NCBI GenBank assembly: GCA_040143965.1
Contig: JASJQH010000003.1
Location: 1-64,000, forward strand
Direction of reading: 5' to 3'
Length of the DNA: 64,000 bases
Origin: Basidiobolus ranarum
Taxonomy: Eukaryota
Numbering within the stretch: the first letter of the stretch is position 1; every line of letters begins with the position of its first letter. A program made the position numbers and the translations under genes. Positions 12,336-23,012 of the stretch are shown here, one piece after another. The notes under the pieces are model-generated. The model saw only the letters and a program-made list of their open reading frames with translations. It ran no database searches and had not been told where the DNA came from.

Positions 12336-14976
12336 ATGCTAAATAATTCGGCACCCCTACCAAAGCCGAGGCGAGTGAGGTCTGTGGGTTATGGGAACAG
12401 CACACTTGAACAACGACGCATCCCTAGTCAAAGAAATCTCAACCTTCCACGGTATTATTATTATCATAAAGAAAGTGAAAAGGGTTATTATTGTATCAAT
12501 GGCATTCGACTCCTTAAACGCCATTTCCTCCTACAAAGACTATTTCACGTACTCTTCTTGTGTATAATTGGAACCTTTTGTGGATATATATACACTTCCT
12601 ATAATATCCTCCCGACAACTACACATTCCAAGGAGCTTACTCATGAGGGCTTGGCTTTCTATCGTATTTTGGGTAATGACTTACCACCACGCCATAAACC
12701 AGGACAAACACTCAACAATGTACGGTTTATTCTTGAGAACGAAGTTCAATTCCCAAACACCGAAAAGTGGTGGATTATTAACCGAATTGTCGACCCAGAA
12801 CAAGAAGTAGCTATTTTAAAACTGCTATTAAGTCACAACCAGAAATATATTAGAATTCCGTTTGAAGAAAAGGAATATGCCAAGAGAGACTTTCGATACG
12901 AGGATTTCCCCACTCAAGATTTTTTCCGCTCAGATGAATTTTCTGGCTTGGGGAACATGGGTAAACTTAGAAGTATCGATTACACATACCATGACAAGAA
13001 TTTGTATGTCATGAACAACGTAAGTTATTTGATTTATCATATGGAATATCTCAATCACTTCTGATATTCAATTCTGTACCAGAATGGTGGCCGTAATTTT
13101 GCCTTGAATCATGGAAAGAAATCCAAAGCCAAATGGATTCTACCGTTCGATGGAAATTGCTTTTTTACCGAAACTTCCTTCAACAAGATCACCCAACAAT
13201 TAGAGACCTATGGCGATGACTATAAATACTTTATTGTGCCTATGACAAGAGTATTGAACAATACTGAATTGTTGGATTTTCCAGAAGTAGAACCCGTTGC
13301 TTCTCAAGAGCCACAAATAATATTCCGTTACGATGCAACTGAGACATTCAATATGCAAATGCGTTACGGAAGGCGTCCAAAGGTAATTCCACACTGATCA
13401 CTACCGATTTACGCTTAGCCTACTAAATTCGATTGTTTTTCAGCTCGAGCTACTTTGGAGATTGGGAGCTCAAAAATCACCTGACACGGTCACCCAAGAA
13501 GTTGTACCTTGGGAAGTCCGGATGAGACCGGATTCATTAGAAAAAGGTAAATACAAAACAGCAGGTTGGGTATTTCGATTATTTTCTGGACAGGCAAGCC
13601 AAGAAACCAATACGAAAGAGGCAACTCGTATGCGCTCTTACAATCGACTCTTGGCTATTCAGCAATTCATCGATGCCATCGATGAGAAAATAGCGCGTAA
13701 ATTCTTCTCTTCTGATACGCTACTTGTTTATAACGAGACAAAACTTCGACAAGAACGGTTCGCTTATTGGTCTGGTGAGCCTGGAACACATGCTGTTGTG
13801 TCTACGCTACAGAATGAAGCTAATACGATGGTGGAGGCGATAGTTGCCCATTTGAAATCCAATGATACTCTCTTGAAAGTGACTGATACGCCATCCGATA
13901 ATCAGACTGCTAAAGCAAAGATGGTGAATTTGCAAGAGCTTTTTCACAACGTCACCACTCTTACTCTAGCTTCATACTTTACTGGAGAAGACAAGTACTA
14001 TACTTGGGCTGCAAATGCCATTCGTCGGTGGATATTCGGACGTTCTAAACTTTTATCATATAAAATTTCGGAATACCAGGAAAGTGAAGATGTATCTAAA
14101 ATATGGCAGCAATTCTCCAACAATGTCACATCCCTAGGAGAGCACTTAGAAAGTATCCCTGAGGATACAGATTTCTCATACTTCTTAGATGCCCTGAGAT
14201 TATTGCAACGTGCCAATGCTCTGGACCATAAAGAATATAGTCAACTTGTTTCATTCGCTAACCGTTATCTACTTCGACTTATCTCGTCTGCTGAATCAAA
14301 AAACACTACTCGTCATTCAGATCATCGAGGTACATTTAGAGATCTTCAAGTGGCCTCTTTATCAGCTTTCGTAAATGATGTCCGATTGTTTTTGCACACA
14401 GTGAATTGGTCACGCATGCGAATTGGGAAACAATTTAGTCTTGGCAATAGTCAACCCTTTGAATTGGATCTTGTTAAGCAGCACGTTCAAAACTCCAAAG
14501 AGAGGCAGAGTTCGATCTGGATTAAAGCTTTATACCGTTACTATTCTACTCAAAATCTTCAATACTGGTCTGTCTTGACACGTATGGTTCAAAATGCATA
14601 TGTCCAAAACAATCTCTGGGAGCATACCGCAAAGGATGGGAGGCGGTTGAGTGGCGCTATCATTAGTCACATATCAAACCACCTTAACTCGAGAACTGGG
14701 AGAATTAATCCTCTTGCTACAGATGAAATATCGGACGATAATTTGAGAGCATTAGAATCACAAGATGAGTTATCCATCTGGTCACTTGCTCACATTGCCC
14801 AGAGCGCTCACTATGCATCCGATGCCCGTCACCATATAGTCCATAACAATGATGATGATCACGACTACTTGGATCGCTTTGTCAACACAGTGCCCAATAT
14901 CTACAACAATGAGCATTTAGCCTCTAAACGGCAGTACCTAAACGTACCCCCGTATTGGATGCTTGGTGTTGCTTGA
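12336..14976 (+). CDS. Type II membrane protein: glycosyltransferase-like domain fused to a degenerate alginate-lyase-like helical domain, 3 exons
   Basis: TM segment near the N-terminus. Motifs YRILGNDLPPRH, WIINRIVD, YVMNNNGGRNFAL, KWILPFDGNCF, EPQIIFR and RYGRRPKLELLWRLG. C-terminal TTLTLASYFTG and RGTFRDLQVASLSAF. Introns at about 13020-13082 and 13383-13443. Confidence 0.75.
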
Positions 14977-15425
14977 GCCTCTACTCCCAAAATTAGAATT
15001 TATATTGCATATCCAGCCCAGCCCAGCATATAACATTGACATACCTGAACGCTTTGATAGTTTCATATTGTAATTTATTTAATGTAAATATATGACTCAA
15101 GTAGCTAAATCCTATGATGCTAACTTCCGGTTGATATGTGTTCATGTTATCGTTATCATATGAGTAGCCAAAGATATCCACAATAAGCAGTCCAGACCTT
15201 TCTCACGACAGAGCAATTTAAGACTCTATGATCCAATGGATTCTATATAAATATACTTTATGGATATAAATCTACAACCACTGAAACATTTTCCATTTCA
15301 CCCGACTCTGTCCGCAGAGCGACCTAGATTAACCGGGACTGGTCTTTGGAGTAGCTATAGCCACACTCCCACTGTATTTAAGAGTTCAAAACAGTTTACT
15401 AGTAAACAATTCTTCAACATCAACC

Positions 15426-15662
15426 ATGAACGCCACCACAACACTCCGCTTCTATAGTATCATGACACCCTCACGGCACAGAAGTAAATCCATATTTGCT
15501 TTCTCCGAAATCCATTCTCCCCTCGATAAATTCTACTCTACTAAACGGACGATTGTTGCTCAACACCAGTATCCCAAATTTAGACCTGCTGTTGGTCCAA
15601 CTAAAACTCAAGATGTAGATGTTATGGAAGAATGCATTTTACACGGCCAATTTCTGGATTAG
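15426..15662 (+). CDS. Small hypothetical protein (78 aa)
   Basis: Good start context (caaccATG), TATA-like tatttaa about 50 nt upstream, basic Ser/Thr-rich N-terminus and acidic C-terminus. Confidence 0.45.
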   Translation: MNATTTLRFYSIMTPSRHRSKSIFAFSEIHSPLDKFYSTKRTIVAQHQYPKFRPAVGPTKTQDVDVMEECILHGQFLD

Positions 15663-15989
15663 CCAAACTACCCTATACCCTATGGGCGACCTGTATACAA
15701 CGGCGTTCCTCATCAAACCATTCGTGTAAATCTCTTACTTTAATATTAATCAGTATATAATCAACAATGTCGAATACTACTACAACTACCACTATTGTCA
15801 ATAAAGTTGGAAGTTAATTGATACATGAAAGCGCCTTGAATTCTAAAACAACAGAAAAGCCAGAATTGGATTGTGAATGGTTATGATACATGTTCCTATA
15901 GTACATCAAATGTGAAGCGAAAAGTCCAACGAGGACTACATATGTATATAAAGGGCAAAAAGAATTATCGAATATGAAGAAACGCCACT

Positions 15990-17733
15990 CTAGGGGAAGT
16001 AACAAATATACTTTTTACCAACCTCTCTCCACAAGACAAGTGAGATCCCTCCTCCAGGCCAACTATTAATAAAAAGCTTCCTCATACGACAACAAGAATT
16101 GGTAAGGCGTCGAACTGAGTGATCTGTAAGGTCTGATTGATCATTAAACGCAAGCATTTCCAAGCTACTTCCCCAGGTAGATATGGTGTTTAAAATGTTG
16201 TCGTTAATGGCCCAGCCACGTATATCAAGGAACCGAACCCGATTTCCTAGCCTCTTGAACATGAATTCAAAGAGCTCTTCGTCTTCTCTAGGCTTTCCAA
16301 AATCATGTATACGACAAGAAATATCGACTTCTTGAAGACGATGGCAATGGGTGCTCATAGCGTGTAGAACATCGCTTGAGATATGAAAGGTGCTACTACT
16401 CAGGTTTAGATAGAGTAAAGTGTTTCCACATCCTTGGAAAAGGGCATCCAGCGATTTTTGATTGGTTACCGTTCCAGACATCGAAAGCCTCTGAAGTTGT
16501 TTACAATGAGTCCCAATCATATGTCCAATATTATCCGGAACCATGCTATCCTCAACAGACAAAGAGTTTAACCTAGGGCCTCGTTTAGAGAACAATTCAC
16601 TCCAAGCCTCCTTTCCAAGATTATTTTGATCACAGACTCTATTTAGAATCAGAGTGTGCAGCTGGTCTGTAGTACTAGTCGCCAAGTTATTTAAAAAGGA
16701 GTCAGTGAATTGAATTCCTGCTAGTTTCAGTGTTTGCACATTATTTAAAGATTGACAGAATCGACCTATCAATGCATCAGGGAGGCGTAGTAACTCGACA
16801 TAATCGAAGTGAAGTGAGCATTCCTGTAAACGACCACCAAATTTGTTTATCAAATCGTTGAAGAACCTCCAAAAAGAGACATCGATACTATTTCCACTAA
16901 AGCTGAACCGTAAGGCCTTAATATTTGGACAACCTTCACTCAATACACTCACTATTTCATCAACAAGATCTTGAATATAATGGCCAAAGTCTATATCGAG
17001 TTCGAATTGCAATAAGTTTGGCATTAGTCGAATCAATGCCTTGATGAGACTACCCTCAAAAGCATCTCCTCGTACTTCAAACGAAACAAGCGATCGAAGA
17101 CTGGGAAAACTAGCTTCAATTAACGATTTGGCAACTTTGAATCCCTCTGAGCTCTCATTGATTACAAGTCCCAATTCAGAAAGGTTTGGGCATCGTTCTA
17201 AAACGTTCGCAAGAGATTCAACATCCGAATCTCTACACAGCTCTATGTAACGAAGGCTTGAAAGGTGACCATGAAACACTGTAGGCTCTGTGAAGGACAT
17301 ATTATTCAAGTGTAAAGGGCAGTACGACGAAGTATGAAGCTTTCTTAGATTTGGCAGATATTGAAGTAACTCTAACGCTATGAACCCATTTTCATGAGTG
17401 TAATCCTCAAAGTTGAAGTTATGAATAAGCCTTGCAACTGTTATTGAAAAGTTTCGATTAGAAAAGTACTTTGATGAAATACTCAAAACCATACTCACGT
17501 TGATATTTGGTTGTCACTGAATCCCGAAACGATAGGAAATTCGAATGAGAGAGAAACTTGGGAGTGTTCCATAAAATCGGGATTGTGCAGGAATACCATA
17601 TACGAGAAACCAAGCAGCAAGAATATAGTTCAGAATGAAAACCAGTAAGGAAATGAAGAATGTGCTCAATGACCTCTACAGGAAGTTGAAGTGGTACGTC
17701 TGTTGGCGCCAATGCCAAAGAACTAAGTCTCAT
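15990..17733 (-). CDS. F-box/leucine-rich-repeat (RNI-like) protein, 2 exons
   Basis: F-box LPVEVIEHILHFL...LYSCCLVSRIWYSCTIPILW. Intron 17438-17498 (gtgagt...ctaat...cag) links the two ORFs. LRR-like repeats such as CPNLSEL and CPNIKAL. Confidence 0.85.
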
Positions 17734-18601
17734 TTTAGGAAGGCTAAATTGATATATACTTCGAGAGGTGAACTGTATACAAACAGAGGCTTGCTTGGAG
17801 TTATATAACAAAAGAGAAAGTTTAATACGCCAAACAGAAAACTTAACACCGGTTTTAATCACCAATTTGGGGGTATGTAAGCTCCCAAGCTGGAATTCTA
17901 CTGTCCTTACCAGTCACATCAAATTATTTATGTCATAATGATCCAATAAAAGCTTTTCTGAGGTTTGAAAAGCGATGAATATCAACCAATAATCAGTCTC
18001 ACAATTTTATGGTGAATTTATGAGTTACACATGAAACCTAAATTCTTGACTGTATGCTGCAGTCAGTTAACGAGGGGTATGTCTACAGAAGCAGGTGGAG
18101 GGAAGGGAGGTACTGCTAGAAGCTTAGAGTGAAAAATCCCACTAAGCGGTGGACATGGCAAAGAACGTGCTGTTTTAGCTACACTTTAATAGATGTAATT
18201 TGATCTAAAAAGACGCATCTGAAATGGCTTAATTAAATGACCGATATGGTTGGAGAATGACTGTTTCATGTAGTGTGCAACAGGCTGAGTTCTAGGACAT
18301 ATGTACTATTGCTGTGTCCCCTCTTTTCCCCAGAAGGAGTATGGTACAGGTTCTCACATCCCGCGCTGATATTAGATCATGAACTAAGCAAATGATTTAT
18401 TCTTGTTCTCACAGCCTAGGCGCAAATCACTCATAACTATTCTAACTACTAGAAACTCGTTTCCTCGTACAATGTGCCAAATATGAAAATGCACCAGAAA
18501 AAGTACAAAGTATCTGAAGTATGCTATAAGAGAGCTGCTGAAGATTGATTTTAAAATGCTTCCAAATGAGCGATAAACCAAGTTCGAGACGGTTTTGCAC
18601 A

Positions 18602-20688
18602 TCAATCAAAGAAATGGTCAATCAAGCAATCAACGATTCGTTCAATGATATGGTCTATCGAAAATGCTATGTAGAAGGGTAAGTACGCTATTCAATCAAA
18701 ATACTTTACTTCCCACTTGCCTTTAGAAAATATGTGTGAATTTGGTCCAATTGTATTCAAGTCAACCTTTTCACTGTAAGTCAAGTCTGGATTGGCTTCT
18801 ACAAACTCAGTGTGAGCTCGGGCAGCTGCCTCTTTGATTGCTGCATCTTCTGACGGAACTTTATAAAGGTCGCACCTGTCACATTGAATACAACTTTGTC
18901 CTGGCGTGTCACGAAAATGGTCGCAAAAATGCGTGTAGGATTCTTTACGAATGTCTTTACGGCATATATAGCACATTTGGTATCCTTTAAGAAAAACACT
19001 TAATACTGTGGGAATGGTTAATGGTAAAAATAGGTCACCATACCGCAGTGACAGGTCATCTTATTGCACCCATCAGATTTGGTAAAGGATAATTGACATT
19101 TAGGACACTAGATTAATGAAGTTAGTTCCAGATTTGAGAGCTAAAGAAATGTGAGGTGGAGGTACCGTGCGTTTAACCGCATCCGCCATAGCTTGTTCTA
19201 CATAAAGCCGTAGCTTATCTTGTTCCTTTTCGTGACAACGATGTAAAGGTTTATGCTCATGATCACATAGTAGACAAGAGGACTTGCCACAGCGTGGGTT
19301 CTGGCAATGTAGTATATTCGATCGCTTCCGTTTACGTACCAATTGACGCTGCACGATAGATGCCACTCGGTTTATATTGACCCCAACGACTCCAGCAATA
19401 CATCCAAAGACAAAAGTCCCACTCCAAGAGCAAAGCAACGCTTCTAATATATCCATGGCAAAAGAAGCTAGCCATGATGAAGTGTATGCTACCACTCCTG
19501 CACATATAAAGATCCTGTAATAACGTAACCTTCGAAGGTCAAGAGGATCATCGTCAAACTCACAATATGAACAGAAAGGGCATCGCACTAGAGCTATATC
19601 TAGCTTCTTTAGTTCCTCCTCAACCACCGAGTCAGTATATGCATGGTACATATCTGACGTGAGAACACGCTCCAACTCGTCCAGCGAAAAGTAAGATTTA
19701 CATTCACTTGAATCCATACATGAAATAGATTTACCACGTAAGGTACCTTGTCCAAATAATCCCTCTTTCACATACGCCCTTAGACAATCGCAGCAGAAAA
19801 TATGTGCTTCTCTACAAGTACACATATCTTCGAAGACAAATGAGCCAAAACAGCATCCACACTCGAAAAGCTCATTATGCTTTTGATATTCAGAAAAATT
19901 CAACTCTTTAGCTACACCTTCATCACGCTTGGACTGCTTAATTAGTCCTCTACGCGAAATAGCATCAATATCCTTTAGCAGCTCTGGGTCATTCATTTCA
20001 GGTGAGGTGTATGGCTTACGTTGCATAAAGGTAAACCAAGAGGTCCACCAAGTCATTTGTTGGAGACGATCGTAACTTTGAATGTAATCATTATTCACTT
20101 CGGCCATGACTGCTTTTATAGAGGATTCGAAAGCGTGTGGAAACTCATTGCAAAGTCGGTGTTCTGTTCCTTTGATGTACGATGAGGAGCGAACGTATTC
20201 AGAACGATCAATAATTCCAGGTTTGAGTCGCTGAGGGTATTCACTACAATTACTTTGACCCAAACCAAGTAAATAGTCGATTGTCTGTTCGATATGACTA
20301 TGCGTGAGTTGTTTGATTTGCTCTCGAATGTAGCGAACCTCACAATCAGGAAAGATTTCGTTTACTTTATTGAGGAAATAATTATGGGCTTCATGAATAG
20401 TTGATTTTCCAGCTGGTGGGCTCTTTGGATAATAACCATACTGGTTAGACAATATCTTGTCTGCGATACGCTCCACATGTTGATCTTTATAATATTTCAA
20501 ACAGTGTCGAAAGTATTCAACATCTAAAAGGATGAAGTATATACCGTCAATATCTCGTGGTGCTTGGAATTTTACTCGTTAACAAGAGTGATACCTCCAT
20601 CAGGAAACATGATCTTTAAATGCTTCAATCTAGCCTCATCTAGAGAATTAGTAGAAGAAGATTGGCGAAAAGCAGCAAAAAATCCCAT
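18602..20688 (-). CDS. RBR E3 ubiquitin ligase (RNF216/TRIAD3-like) with N-terminal CUE-like repeats
   Basis: RING1 ECGCCF..CREAHIFCCDC, IBR CPFC...CQNPRCGKSSCLLC..H...C, RING2 CPKC..[23 protein letters not shown]. CUE-like IFPDCEVRYIRE. The last intron is best explained as GC-AG (18667-18720). Confidence 0.85.
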
Positions 20689-21250
20689 GAAGTGGTCTAA
20701 TTTGGCAAAGTGAGTAAGCTACTTTAAAAGATAAGGAATTTTCATAAATAATAAACAAATACGAAGGCCAAGTCGATTGAAAAACTGCTATGAAGAGTGG
20801 ACAAATAAAAGGGGGTGGGAACAACATATTCCAAAATATCGCATGCATAGCACATTAATCCCACTAATACATCGCAATTTAGTGATGTACCACGAGGGAA
20901 ATGATTGTTACGTGAGTATGAACTTTTTTGATCAGATGAATTTTGATATAGTTTGTATTATGTTTAAGTAATTTAATATTAAATGCGAACATCAACAGTC
21001 TGATTCAATCAGTAACCATGCAATAAAGACGGTTGTTATTTGTGTAGCTTCTACGTAACCAGTAAGCATAGATATAATTAAGGGGATCATTAAATTATTC
21101 GAAAAGTATCCAAAAATAATAGTAAAAGCAGTAGAATTATGAAATATTGAGCCAACAAAGGGACTAGCCTTCTTAGTCAAACTTTTGCTGAGGGAACCAA
21201 TGCCTCGTGTATTGAAGCACAAAATTCATATGTTGCGGTACTACTCGATT

Positions 21251-22105
21251 TTAGAAGTGATGGCCCCGATGATACTGATCCAATGTATTCTTGAATGGGT
21301 CAGGACCTTGATGGGTATTTTGCATGTTCGAAGCTGGTTGAGCGTATGCCATGTTATTGTTTGCATGCAGGCTCTCTTGAGAAGTAGTTGTAATGTACTC
21401 TTCATCATTGTATTCTCTCCAAGAACGACGAGCAACCTTGCGGTACACAAATGCTCCAACGGCACTCAGTACAACAAACCCTCCGAACACGCCACCAACG
21501 ATAGCGCCTACATTGGCACCTCCACCACTTGTAGAATTGCTCGAGTTTCCATTATTGGCGGAAGCAGCATTAGCGTCTGGAGAGTTGGTTGGGATGGAGC
21601 TAGGTTTCGAGGGTCCATTTGTGTAGGCAGGAGCATTACTTTTGCCAACAACAACCGTTTGAACAGTTGTAGCAATTTGCTGAGGGGTAGGTTGAACAGT
21701 GGGTGGAGTATTTGGCTGTGGTGTTGGTGTAGGTTTAGCAGGCTCAGGAGTTTTGGGTTGCTCAGGCTTGACGACCTCTTTGGTTGGTGTGGGTGTAGGA
21801 GTGGGGGCAGGAGTTTCGATCTTAGGTGGGTCGACTTTAGTGGGTTCTGGCTTTGGAGTTTCATGTGTAGGCTCAACTTTCGTTGGTACGGGCTCGGGCT
21901 TTGTAGGTTCTTGAGTTGGAGCGACAGGTGGAAGAGATGCAGCAGGTGGGGTGACTTTGGGATCTGGTTTTTCAGATACAGGATTTGCGGGCTTCACATC
22001 TTCCTTTGGAGCATCCTTACTAGGAACAGCAGTAGCCTGCCCTTGGGTAGTGGCTATGAATGATAGTATGATAGTGGCCAGCGCAACGCTTTTGAATACT
22101 TTCAT
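21251..22105 (-). CDS. Pro/Thr-rich single-pass cell-surface protein (Mid2/mucin-like sensor architecture)
   Basis: Signal peptide, PEPTK/PTPT repeats, TM segment VGAIVGGVFGGFVVLSAVGAFVY followed by RKVARR, and a cytoplasmic tail ending DPFKNTLDQYH. Confidence 0.85.
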   Translation of the reverse strand: MKVFKSVALATIILSFIATTQGQATAVPSKDAPKEDVKPANPVSEKPDPKVTPPAASLPPVAPTQEPTKPEPVPTKVEPTHETPKPEPTKVDPPKIETPAPTPTPTPTKEVVKPEQPKTPEPAKPTPTPQPNTPPTVQPTPQQIATTVQTVVVGKSNAPAYTNGPSKPSSIPTNSPDANAASANNGNSSNSTSGGGANVGAIVGGVFGGFVVLSAVGAFVYRKVARRSWREYNDEEYITTTSQESLHANNNMAYAQPASNMQNTHQGPDPFKNTLDQYHRGHHF

Positions 22106-23012
22106 CGCGAACTAAGTTTTAATCAGTGGAATGGTAATCAATACAGGAGCTGTGGATACGATACACAACAAAGTGTAGAAAGAAAGAAGAGTAGAGAGCT
22201 AAGGAAATCGTACAATCGTCTTGGACCGAGGTGCTTTTGTACAAGATAAGAAAGTTTTTGCGATGGTATGGGTTTGATTCAGGTGCACAAGTAAATTGGT
22301 AATTTCTAAATTGGACATTTGTATTCCAGATTTCTCGTTTTAATGAGTGTGGGCAGCCAGTCAGAAGTTATCACCGATACACCCGCTGAGCCTGAACTAC
22401 TACATTTACATTTAGTTCCACAAATGCTCCTATGTGCAGATACCTAGTCTTTGATACACTTTGTAAATTTTCCACAATAAGCTTGAGAGTTACTTACTTA
22501 GGTGCATCTAACTCATGCCTTGCTATTATTGAAATCTGGGCAATGCGCATGATACAGAACTGGCTGATGATATGGCTTGGTATAATTAATCCCGTCTAAA
22601 GCTTAGCATAGTACTAAATGATGCCATGGAAAATCTACCTTTGTCTAATGAAAGCTTGGCTGTGATGCAGGATACGGTTCTATTATGTTTTAAGTAATAT
22701 TAGGATTCTACCTTCGCAGTAACTCTCAATCTTGGCGATTTGTTATTGTAAACTTTACTTGATTTACAGTTTTAGAATCATCTTTTTTTTACTGATGTTC
22801 CGTTTGGTAATGTATGACATAGGCGGGTTTCACTCTAATGAGTATAGGATGTCCCCTCTCTAGGCATACTATTTCAAATGAATACAACTACTACTATGCA
22901 AGTATATATATGATATATGAGAATGAACTAAGCAATTTCAATCTGAAAATTTCTTCCTAAATAAACAAGCCATATTCCAGAAATCTGGATGCGTATCCGC
23001 GATAATCCAAAA

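Noticed and set aside
17438-17498. Apparent frameshift between the F-box and LRR ORFs
   Set aside because: Explained by a canonical GT-AG intron.
21185-22063. 292-aa + strand ORF and other overlapping ORFs
   Set aside because: Antisense shadows of the Pro/Thr-rich membrane protein gene.
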